Shown here in pieces: positions 46,665 to 56,253 of a stretch of 64,000 nucleotides of DNA. How positions within the stretch are numbered: position 1 is the first letter of the stretch; every line of letters begins with the position of its first letter. Under the pieces are notes generated by a model. The model saw only the letters and a program-made list of their open reading frames with translations, ran no database searches and was not told the DNA's origin. The stretch is from an uncultured Chloroflexia bacterium (GTDB lineage Bacteria > Chloroflexota > Anaerolineae > Anaerolineales > UBA4823): positions 56,320 through 120,319 of the forward strand of contig CAVWDI010000012.1 of the NCBI GenBank assembly GCA_963753725.1, read 5' to 3'. Both the position numbers and the translations under genes were made by a program.

Positions 46665-47424
46665 TTAGGATACCTGATTCGAGAACCACTTGTGATAATA
46701 GATTTGAACGTCTTTTATGATCAATCCCAGCCGAATGAGCATGCGGTTGGTGGTTATATTCCGGCCCTGCGTATTCGTTACGATATTTTTTGTCCCATTC
46801 CGTACATGCCAATCAAGCCCACCGCTGAATAATTCGTGTCCGATGCCAAGCCCGCGCGCTTCTGGACGAACCGCCATGATTTCCAATGTGCCGTCTAGGC
46901 CATCTTTTTCACGATTTCCGGAGATATAACCCATGACCTGCCCTTTAAGTTCAGCCACCAGAACAAAATCTGCGAAACCATTCACGCTGTTCTTTACCCA
47001 GACTGGATAATATGCGCTAGTTTTTTCTTTCGGAAAATCGGGATCGAAATACCAGCGCGAATTCACAAAGCTGTCCGTTGACATATCTATCAATGTTTGG
47101 ATGTCGTCGGATCTTGCAATTCGCAGGTGGACATCTGGATGCCGTATCTTTCTGGTATTCGGATCCCAACCGTCAAGGGATAATTCATAGCTGATCCTTA
47201 TCTCGACATTCCGAAAGCCATTCTCTTCAGCCAGGCGGATCGATTGGATGTCATCCGAAATCAGCGATGTAGTACAGGCAGTCGATTTTATTTGCACTGC
47301 TCCAAGCCAGGATCGCATCGAGGACGGATGGGGATAGTTTGCCTTCGGTTATCTTCCCAATACGGAGCCTAAAGAAATCACTATCCCAGCTTAAAAATTG
47401 ACAGTGCTCAATCTGAGATTTCAT
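46665..47424 (-). CDS. WecD-like GNAT acetyltransferase (dTDP-4-amino-4,6-dideoxyhexose N-acyltransferase-like; one frame break near 47262)
   Basis: The N-terminal fragment has LSWDSDFFRLRIGKI, the WecD-type N-domain opening. The C-terminal fragment has the GNAT acetyl-CoA motif RPEARGLGIGHELF. The fragments join at ...IDCLYY / ISDDIQSIRLAEENGF. Confidence 0.7.
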
Positions 47425-48379
47425 CCTGGTTCTCTGGTTCAATGCTTTGAATGCGTACTACATAAGCGGGTTTTTCCATCAAGTTGAAATGCATACGTGC
47501 CAGGTATTCTCCGATTATCCCCAGTGAAAAAAGTTGAACGCCAGAAAAAATGGCGACAATGGATGCCAAAAATGGAAAACCGGGAACGCTGCCGCCTTCA
47601 ATAATGAAGCGGCCGATCACGTAAATCAAGATGAGAAATCCGAAAACCGCAAATCCAAATCCGAGCAAACTCGCCAGTTGCAGCGGCAGCACGGTAAAAC
47701 CGGTCGTCATATTTATTGCCTGGCGGAGCAGCTTTCTGAAGTTATAGTTTGATTTTCCATCCTTGCGGGGATCATGGTTTACCGGAACGGAAGAAAAGCT
47801 GGTCGTCCCCCAGGCCAGCAGCACATCTATAGAAACGAAAGGGCTGTGGTATTTTGAAAAGGCATCTCGAACACTGGTACGAAATGCACGGAATGCGCTC
47901 ACGTTGCGTGCATTTTTGACTCCCATTGCACCCCGCAGCGCCAATCGGATCAGGTAAGAGGAAAATATTCGCCACAAAGCATGTTGCTGCCTCATGGGAG
48001 TCCCGTACACTACATCAAATCCTTCATGTAAAGGATCGAGTAGTTTTCCGATTTCTCCCGGAGGGTGCTGCAGGTCATCATCCATTGTCACTGTAATATC
48101 ATATTTAGCAGACCGGATGCCGCATAATAAAGCGTTGTGTTGGCCGTAATTGCGCATCAGATTGATGCCTTTCACCCACTGGTATTCTTCACTCAGCGAT
48201 TCGATTACCTGCCAACTTTGATCACGGCTGCCGTCATTCACAAGGATTACTTCGTGCGAAGAGCTTATGGTGGGAAGCGCTTGCATCAAGCGTGTAGCTA
48301 GTTCATCGAGCGTATCATGGCTGTTGTAAACTGGAATAACGACGGAAATTCCGGGATGTGGGATATCTTTGATAGACAT
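47408..48379 (-). CDS. GT2 polyprenyl-phosphate glycosyltransferase (ArnC/GtrB/DPM1-like, two C-terminal TM helices)
   Basis: 323 aa. VVIPVYNS, ILVNDGSRD, NYGQHNALLCG and DDDLQHPP motifs, plus two C-terminal hydrophobic helices and the IGEYLAR motif typical of lipid-carrier-loading GT2 enzymes. Confidence 0.85.
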   Translation of the reverse strand: MSIKDIPHPGISVVIPVYNSHDTLDELATRLMQALPTISSSHEVILVNDGSRDQSWQVIESLSEEYQWVKGINLMRNYGQHNALLCGIRSAKYDITVTMDDDLQHPPGEIGKLLDPLHEGFDVVYGTPMRQQHALWRIFSSYLIRLALRGAMGVKNARNVSAFRAFRTSVRDAFSKYHSPFVSIDVLLAWGTTSFSSVPVNHDPRKDGKSNYNFRKLLRQAINMTTGFTVLPLQLASLLGFGFAVFGFLILIYVIGRFIIEGGSVPGFPFLASIVAIFSGVQLFSLGIIGEYLARMHFNLMEKPAYVVRIQSIEPENQDEISD

Positions 48380-48381
48380 TT

Positions 48382-50409
48382 TTACTGGCTTTCACATTGC
48401 AGGGTCTGGTAGAGCTGCTCGGAGGCTTCACGACCCTCATCGAATTGGATATTATCCTCTTGAATTCTATCCCAAGTTGCACAAAGTGCAAACCTGGTCA
48501 CAGGAGCCAATTTATAGGTTTGTTCGGATAATTGAATGGATTTACCCAATTGCCCAACACGCGCATAACCTTCAATAAATGGCAGCAATTCATCGATATT
48601 ATTCTCATCCAGTTCTTCCATGAAAGCCTGGGCCTGGTCGCCCAATGTCGCCACCTCACCCCAATCACCTTTCTGACGGGCAAGCTCAGCTTTCTGGTAG
48701 TAATAACACCAATCATGTTCTGGAGTTGGACCAAAAATGTGGTAAGGAGGGGAAGCAGGTGGATCCGCGTCTGTAATTATCCGCTTGGGATTTGATATTT
48801 CCCGCGCTTCAGGTCGCAGATAATTGCTTTCTGGAATTCGTGACTTCATTTCAGGATCGAATATCGTTACACAGCGGGGTGGTTGGTAGGTAAAAAGCAG
48901 GGTATCTGACATTCTTCCTGTGAAGGATTTTGCCCGGTAATTATGCTCGATTTCGTTATGCGGATCAAAGTTTGTTATTTCATTTCCTAAACGGGCTTCT
49001 AAATCCAATATAAGGTAGGACATTTCTGAAGAATGGTTGTGTGGATCATACGTCCAATTGAGAGGCGCCGTCAGGGAATTATCGCTGTAATAAGTGAACG
49101 GCAGTTCAGGCGTTAATAACAAGGTCGCGGATTTAATCCCGGGCGCGCGCCAGGTGAGCTGTCTGAAAAAATTCTTTTGCAATTCCCATTCCTGGATATA
49201 TGTTAAACCTGTCAAAAAATGCGTCCCTACAGCCAGACCAGCCAGTATACAAATAACAAGAGCCCTGGTTTTCTGTCCTTTGAAAAAATATTCAATTAAC
49301 CCGTAGTTAGCAAACTGACACCCATGATCATCGGTAGGGTGAAACGGTCCAGAGGAAAGCGCAGTTTTAACTGCAGGTCTGTCGCCCAAAATGGCCAGCC
49401 TGCAACCAGCAGTGAAATAATCCCGAGCAGCATGTAGTATTGTGCGCCAGCTTTCGGGTTCGAACCTGAGGCGTTATCATCACCCTGGTTGTGCGATTCG
49501 AGTTTCAAAACTAAATAATAAGTTAAACTCGCTGTAAGCAGCGCGTAGGAGTAAAAATAATATTGAATAAATTAGATTGAGACCGATCAAACTGCGCAAG
49601 TCAAACGTTTTAATCCAGGAAATAAAACTGGCTTCGAGCAAGTCTTGGAATATGGTGGTCAGCAGATAAAACGATCCTGAGATTGGAGTTGAAGCCAGGA
49701 TATCAAAAATTTTAATTTGACCCCTGGGGGTATCATGAAGGAAAACCGTATAGATCAAGAAGAAAAGAAGGAGCATTACATATGGAGACCAATAGAGTAG
49801 AGTTTTCTTTAAACGATCGCGAGCAGACTTGTATTTTTCAGAAAATACGATCCATAGAATTACTGGTCTGAGAAGTTCTAACCCGAAATAGTATTCAACT
49901 GTGAACAGCACGAACCCGGATAACAACAGCGACAGAATAAACACAGGCCATAATCTGGTTGGATTTCTGGCAGCTAAAACCATCAATCCCAGCGAGATGG
50001 TAAAAATAGTGGAGAGAATAAAACCGTGGCTGTATGTAACGGAGACGTACTGCTGGAGGAAACCAGGGTAAATAACAAATAGTATAGCTGCGATGGCGGC
50101 AAATTTTTTCCAGCGAGGGAAAAGTACTCCTAAGAACCACCAAAGTGCAACGGCATTTATCCAGCGTGAAATAATTCCAAAGACCTGCCATCCCACAGTT
50201 GACTCACGCATAATGGGAGTTGTGATCTGGAATAACCACGCCAGAAGCGGGCGGTCAACGGAAAATACCTGGCGGAATCCGCTGGCCCCAAGTGAATTAA
50301 AAAACCAGATTGCAGGCCAATCATCCCAATAAAAACCCAGCCATGGGATCAGCGGCGCAAAACTCAGCGTACATAATATAAGCAGTGCCCCGGGGATATA
50401 ATATTTCAT
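48382..50409 (-). CDS. GT-C-like polytopic membrane protein, paralogue 1 (two frame breaks near 49500 and 49315)
   Basis: Fragments 49480-50409, 49296-49508 and 48382-49389 are colinear with paralogue 2. About 12 TM segments, an acidic first-loop motif FYWDDWP, and a large C-terminal soluble domain. The GT-C assignment is inferred from topology and context, not from a recognised signature. Confidence 0.6.
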
Positions 50410-50434
50410 TTCAATTATTGGAATTCAGAGGATA

Positions 50435-52477
50435 TCAACGTATCTGACATTTGAGCGTGTCGATACTCTCCGCAATAAACTTCCCTCGCTCGTCATCCGC
50501 GAGCTGGTTTTGAGAAAGATCAATCCAGGTTTCACAAATCGAATCATGAATTAAGTCCGAATATTTGATAACTTTGATTGAGGCATCTAATGCATCCTGC
50601 CAGCGGTCTGTATGCGCGAACCCTTCAATGAATGTGATTAATTCAAAGGCATTGTTTGAATTAAATTCTTTTCGTATTTTCAAAGCCTGATCACCTATGC
50701 GAGCCACTTCTTCCCAATCGTTATTCTGACGGGCCAGTTCCGCTTTTTCAAAATAATAGCACCAATCGTGTTCAGGCTCCGTTCCATAGTATTCAATGGG
50801 AGGCATCGCTTGTGTGCCAGAATCAATAATCACATCACCCGGTTTAGAAAGGTGAACTGCATTGGGTATATAACCCGGTTTTCTGGGCCAATAGGAATTT
50901 TTTCTGAATCAATCACCTTCAGACATCTCTCCGGTGAATAATAAAACAAAAGGGCTTGCGATGTTGAACCGTTAAATGATGTTGCTCGATAGGGCTGTTC
51001 GACAGCGGTTCCGCTCTCAAGGTCTGGCAGGATATTCCCCAGACGAGCATCGATATTCATGAATGAGATCGGCATATCACGCGTATTATTGTCAGGAGCA
51101 TATGTCCAATTAAAAGGCGCGGTCAGGGAATTGTCTGTTACATATTTGAAAGGTAAATCAGAGGTAAGCAGTACTGTGCCTGGTTTTATGTCAGGCGCCC
51201 GCCAGACAAACTGCCACATAAAGGCTTTTTGATAGTTCCAATCTCGGATGTAGTCCAGGCCAATCTGAAAGTGAAATCCAGCTGCGAGTCCGACAATAAT
51301 TGAGAGGATTATTGTTCGCTGCCAATTCTTCCTGGTGATCAATGTAATCACTGCGACCAGTAAAATGCAGGCGCCTAACATCAAGATCAATGTAAAGCGG
51401 TCCCATGGAAAACGTAATTCGATCTTTAAATTGGTCGCCCAAATTGGCCAACCCGCGACTAACAATGAATAGATTCCCAGCAGTATCGCCTGGTATTCCC
51501 ATCGAATACCGAAAATATTATTCGATTCTGTCTGAGTACCATTTCGAGATTTGAGGGAATTCATATAGAAAAATGTCCCCGTAGCAGAAATCACGATGAT
51601 TCCAGCTATCATTAAAATGATACTGTTTCTATATACAAGTAGATCATTGACATTAAATGTTTGCAGCCACGCCAGAATACTGGATTTGTAGATGTCAGCG
51701 AACATCGTCCCGAGCAGGGCGATAATTGTTCCAAAAAAATCTGTCTGTAAATCTTCAAAAATCGTGATTTCCCCTCTGGGAGTCTCTGGTGCCGATTCGA
51801 TAAACAAGGAAAAGTATTAATATCCCCAGGTATGGAAGCCAACGTTTGATGGCCGTGAATAAACGATCACCCCAATTTTTATTCGGCCTGTTATCACACA
51901 ATAACAGTACCGCAGGACGCAGCAGTTCGAGGCCAACATAATACTCCAGTGTAAACATTGTGATGGCAGACGTGATAAGGGAACTGAGGAAAAACGGCCA
52001 AAACCACTTCGGATTGCGGTATGCCAGGATCATCGTCCCTAAACTGAACATAAATACGCTGGACAAAATGAACATATGGCTGTAAGTAACAGGAATAAAC
52101 TGCTGCATAAAACCTGGATAGACAATAAACAACAATGAAATCCATAAGGCTTCGATTGTGCGGTCAGGCCATATCAAACGCAGTAACCACCACAACGCCA
52201 GGCCGCTGAGCCAGCGTGTGAGGATCCCAAAGATACTCCAGACGATTAAAGATTTCCCGACCAACCAGGTGGTGAGCATAAAAAGCCAACCAAGCGTTGG
52301 CCGGTCAATGGTGAACACATCCGGAAAGACTGTCGGACCGTAAAAATGAATGAACCACAGCGAGGGCCAATCGTCCCAATAGACGCCCAGCCTGGAGATC
52401 AGGGGGACATAGGTGACAAAACTAATTGCTAACAGGAAAAATGGTACGCTCCTGGCGGAAAAGGAAATCCTTTTCAT
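50435..52477 (-). CDS. GT-C-like polytopic membrane protein, paralogue 2 (two frame breaks near 51803 and 50865)
   Basis: Fragments 51755-52477, 50830-51807 and 50435-50833. Shares VYWDDWP, DRP, YPGFxQQ, VTYSHxFILS, EYYxGLELLRP, LLVAGWPxWAT, NSLTAPxNWTY and EHDWCYYxxKAELARQ blocks with paralogue 1. ATGA overlap with the alaS stop at 52474-52477. Confidence 0.6.
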
Positions 52478-55230
52478 TTCTGGCTGTCGCTTTGCAGGTT
52501 TTCTTCTACCCAGGATGGCACTTTTGCTAGCGCTTCTTCTAACTTAGAAGCATCCTTGCCTCCAGCCTGGGCCAGGGTTGGCCGGCCGCCGCCTCCTCCA
52601 CCCAGCGGCGCTGCCACGAATGTAACCAGGTCTCTGGCGTGCAATCCTTGTTTAACCAGGTCGTCCGTTACCGCGGCTAATACGATCGGTTTTCCGTCCG
52701 CAGTCGTACTTGCTAAAACCGCCACACCGCTCGGGTTGCGTTCCCGGAATTTGTCGGTTAGGAACCTCAAGGTTTCCATATCAGCATCTGAAAGCACGGC
52801 AGTCAGGACTTGCGCGCCGCCAACGGTTTGTGCTCTATCCATTTGTTCGACAAAGGTCAGTGCAGCTGTCTGGCGGCGTAGATCAAGGAACTTCTTCTGG
52901 ATGTTGTTCTTTTGGGAAATAAGCTCCTCAACTTTTATGGGAACATTTTCAGCCGCGGTTTCTAATATGGAAGATGTCTGTCTGAGGGCAGATATTTGCT
53001 GTTTCGCCATCGCATACGAGAACCTGCCGGTTACCGCTTCAATACGACGGATACCTGCTGCGGCGCTGCCTTCGCTGGTGATGAGAAACAATCCAATATC
53101 GCCTGTCTCTTCTACATGCGTGCCGCCGCAAAGTTCATTTGAGAAAATATCTGGCTCTCCAATTGTGATATTTCGGACGGTTTCGCTGTATTTTTCACCA
53201 AACAGGGCGATTGCACCATCATCGATCGCTTGCTGCAACGGTTTAAATTTTATATTCAGATTGAAGTTACCCAAGATTGCCTGGTTGACACCGTTTTCAA
53301 TGGCTTCAAGTTCTTCGTTTGAAAGCGCGGCAGGGTGGGTAAAGTCAAAGCGCAGTCTGTCAGGCACCACCAGGGAACCAGCCTGACGGGCATGATCGCC
53401 TAAAACAGCCCGCAGTTGGGAGTGGAGCAGGTGAGTGGCGGTATGGTTGCGCATGATATCAATGCGCCGCTGTCCATCTACCTGCGCACGCACGCGGTCA
53501 CCAATTTTAGGTTGGCCGCGCACGACTTCGCCTGCATGAACGATCATTCCAGCCGAAGGTTTACGCATGTCATTTACTTTTATTTCCCACTCTTGATCCG
53601 GAAAAGAGATAATTTTCCCTGCGTCTGATATCTGACCGCCGGCAGTAATGTAGAAACATGTTTCCGGGAGAAGCACTTCAATTTGGTCGCCAGCGCTGGC
53701 TTCCGAAATTGGAACTCTGTCGCGTACCAATGCGAGTACCGCTCCCTCAACTTCCAACTGATCATAAGGGTTATAGCGTACCCCCGACGAATCCAGTTTA
53801 CCTTCACGTTTTAATTCAGTATTTATGCTGCGGTAAATTTCTGCGTCTTCTCCACCCAACGGACCAAGTCCCTCCCCGCTGCCTGAAATCAAACGATGTT
53901 CTTCCATCGCTTTGCGGAAATTGGATTCTTCAACTTCCAATCCGCGCTCTCGGGCAATGTCCTGAATGATTTCAAGAGGCAGACCATAGGTTGCATACAA
54001 TTCGAAAGCTGTCTCACCGGGGAGCACTCGTTCATTTCTGGATTCAAGATCAGCCAGTAGGCCTTCCAATTTTGTAATGCCGCTTTCTACCGTGCGTTTG
54101 AACCGCTGTTCCTCGCGTGTTATGCTGTCAGTGATGGCTGCCTGGTTGCCGCGCAGCTCGGGGAAAAACTCGCCATAATTTTCAATTACCTGCTCAGCCA
54201 CTTGGGCGAGGAATGGTTCATCCAACCCTATTTTCGAGCCGAACCGTGAAGCACGCCGGATGATCATGCGGCAAACGTAATTCCTCCCCATATTTCCTGG
54301 AACCACGCCGTCTGCTATTAGAAATGCGGCCGCGCGGCTGTGATCGGCAATCACCCGATACGGCGTTAGGTTAGCCTCCCGTTCTTGAGCGTTATGACCG
54401 GCAAGTTTTTGAATCGTGTCCATGAGCGGGATAAAAAGGTCGGTTTTGTAATTAAAATCCACATCCTGCAGCACCGAAACAATTCGCTCAAATCCCATCC
54501 CAGTATCAACATGCGTGGCAGGCAGGGGGTCAAGATGGCTGGGACCGGTGCGATTGTATTGGATAAACACCAGGTTCCAAAGTTCCAGGAAACGCTGGCA
54601 ATTGCCATTTACTTTGCATTCGTGACCGGGTTCATCTCCTTTGTCACAATATTTCTGACCGCGATCCAGATGAATTTCACTGCATGGACCGCAAGGACCT
54701 TTTTCTGCCATCTCCCAGAAGTTGTCTTTGCGGCCAAAGAAAAGGATCTGGGATGGATTTATGCCAGGTTGTTTCTTCCATTCTTCTACCGCTTCATCAT
54801 CCTGCGGTATTTCCCCCAATTCATCTTTGAAACATGTGGCCCAAATATTTTCTCGGGGTAATCCCCACACTTCTGTGAGCAGTTCCCAGGCCCAGGTGAT
54901 AGCCTCTTTTTTGTAATAGTCGCCGAATGACCAATTTCCAAGCATTTCGAAAAAGGTGTGGTGGGTGTCGTCCCTTCCTACGTCCTCTAAATCATTGTGT
55001 TTACCGGCAACTCGCATACATTTTTGCGAATTTACTGCTCTTGTGTAAGGGCGTATATCTGTGCCGAGAAAAACGTCCTTGAATTGAACCATCCCGGCAT
55101 TGGTGAACAGCAACGTTTGGTCCCCACCTGGTACTAACGAAGAAGAACGAACGAAAGTATGTGCGTGATCTTCGAAGTATTTAATAAAATCCTGGCGGAT
55201 TTTTGCGCCCGACAATTTGGTTGAAATCAT
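52474..55230 (-). CDS. alaS: Alanine--tRNA ligase
   Basis: Start taken at ATG 55230 (MISTKLSGAKIRQDFIKYFEDHAHTF, the canonical AlaRS N-terminus). The 40-codon ORF-track extension is non-conserved-looking. Editing-domain HxxxH (HTATHLLH) and the C-terminal C-Ala/DHHA1 region are present. Confidence 0.95.
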   Translation of the reverse strand: MISTKLSGAKIRQDFIKYFEDHAHTFVRSSSLVPGGDQTLLFTNAGMVQFKDVFLGTDIRPYTRAVNSQKCMRVAGKHNDLEDVGRDDTHHTFFEMLGNWSFGDYYKKEAITWAWELLTEVWGLPRENIWATCFKDELGEIPQDDEAVEEWKKQPGINPSQILFFGRKDNFWEMAEKGPCGPCSEIHLDRGQKYCDKGDEPGHECKVNGNCQRFLELWNLVFIQYNRTGPSHLDPLPATHVDTGMGFERIVSVLQDVDFNYKTDLFIPLMDTIQKLAGHNAQEREANLTPYRVIADHSRAAAFLIADGVVPGNMGRNYVCRMIIRRASRFGSKIGLDEPFLAQVAEQVIENYGEFFPELRGNQAAITDSITREEQRFKRTVESGITKLEGLLADLESRNERVLPGETAFELYATYGLPLEIIQDIARERGLEVEESNFRKAMEEHRLISGSGEGLGPLGGEDAEIYRSINTELKREGKLDSSGVRYNPYDQLEVEGAVLALVRDRVPISEASAGDQIEVLLPETCFYITAGGQISDAGKIISFPDQEWEIKVNDMRKPSAGMIVHAGEVVRGQPKIGDRVRAQVDGQRRIDIMRNHTATHLLHSQLRAVLGDHARQAGSLVVPDRLRFDFTHPAALSNEELEAIENGVNQAILGNFNLNIKFKPLQQAIDDGAIALFGEKYSETVRNITIGEPDIFSNELCGGTHVEETGDIGLFLITSEGSAAAGIRRIEAVTGRFSYAMAKQQISALRQTSSILETAAENVPIKVEELISQKNNIQKKFLDLRRQTAALTFVEQMDRAQTVGGAQVLTAVLSDADMETLRFLTDKFRERNPSGVAVLASTTADGKPIVLAAVTDDLVKQGLHARDLVTFVAAPLGGGGGGRPTLAQAGGKDASKLEEALAKVPSWVEENLQSDSQK

Positions 55231-55267
55231 ACGATCTCCAGTGCATATCTTAGTAGTTTCAAAAGTA

Positions 55268-55333
55268 GTAGGGGATGGACGCCAGTAACGCAGCAGGCTC
55301 CGATCCCCTACTTTGGTCAATTGAATTATACCA
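55268..55333 (-). promoter_or_regulatory. Candidate alaS promoter (extended -10) and 5'-UTR hairpin
   Basis: On the minus strand, TGgTATAAT (hexamer = plus-strand 55325-55330) with no good -35. Downstream is a perfect 9-bp stem GTAGGGGAT / ATCCCCTAC (55268-55276 / 55303-55311) inside the ~90-nt leader. No T-box core is present. Confidence 0.35.
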
Positions 55334-55482
55334 AGTCGGCTGCGAGTCACCTGCCCCAGAAATGTGGGACTTGAATATTTATGAAATTTTGCTAGAATAA
55401 TACAAGAAGAAGAGATTCAGACGGGTATAATGGATGAAGGACGGGAAGGACTATCTGATTCCTACCAGTTTTCTTGATAAAA

Positions 55483-56205
55483 ATGAGAAAAACAACCATG
55501 AATTCCAACGTATCGCTAGCTGCAATTGTTCCGGCTTTTAATGAAGCTGGACGGATCAGTAAAGTGGTGGATGTGTTATGCCAGGTTGAGCAAATTGATG
55601 AGATTATTGTTGTTGATGATGGTTCAACGGACGGCACTGCCCGGGATGCGGAAAATGCTGCCAAAGGTGATCCAAGAATAAAAATTCGGCGAAGCCCAGA
55701 AAATCTTGGAAAGGGGCAGGCGATTTATGAAGGCTGGAATTCCACCAATGCTCCGTTCCTCTTGTTTATGGATGCTGATTTAGTCAACTTAAAACCGGAA
55801 CACGTGGTTAATTTGATTGATCCAGTGTTGAAGGGACGGGCAGACATGACCATGGGTATCTTCAAAGATGGTTATTGGCGGGCTGACCTTGCTCAAAGAG
55901 TTACTCCCTGGCTGACCGGTCAGCGCTGTATCAGGTCGAAATTGTTAAGGGAAATCTCGTGGGATGCATCCAGGGGATATGGATTTGAGACAGCAGTTAC
56001 AATAGCGGCGCGTAAATATGACTGGCAGTCCGAACAAGTACCATTGGTCGGTGTCACCCACCCTTTGGGTGAAATTCCGCGCGGCGGTTATCATGGCTGG
56101 AAAACAAAAATGATATTGTTCTACCAGGTGGGACGAGCCTGGTATATTGCCAGAGATAGGGGGAAGGCCAGGGAATGGTTATTACGACTGGGTCGAACCG
56201 GGTAA
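55483..56205 (+). CDS. GT2-family glycosyltransferase (soluble)
   Basis: About 240 aa. AAIVPAFNEAGRI, IIVVDDGSTDGT and FMDADL (DxD) motifs, with no TM segments. The start is ambiguous (TTG 55474, ATG 55483 or ATG 55498). Confidence 0.8.
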   Translation: MRKTTMNSNVSLAAIVPAFNEAGRISKVVDVLCQVEQIDEIIVVDDGSTDGTARDAENAAKGDPRIKIRRSPENLGKGQAIYEGWNSTNAPFLLFMDADLVNLKPEHVVNLIDPVLKGRADMTMGIFKDGYWRADLAQRVTPWLTGQRCIRSKLLREISWDASRGYGFETAVTIAARKYDWQSEQVPLVGVTHPLGEIPRGGYHGWKTKMILFYQVGRAWYIARDRGKAREWLLRLGRTG

Positions 56206-56253
56206 CCCACAGCTTTCTGAATATTGAATAATTCCAAAATTTGAATATCCTTG

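Noticed and set aside
55231-55350. 40-codon N-terminal extension of alaS in the ORF track.
   Set aside because: The canonical AlaRS N-terminus begins at ATG 55230. The extension overlaps the predicted promoter and hairpin and has no conserved character.
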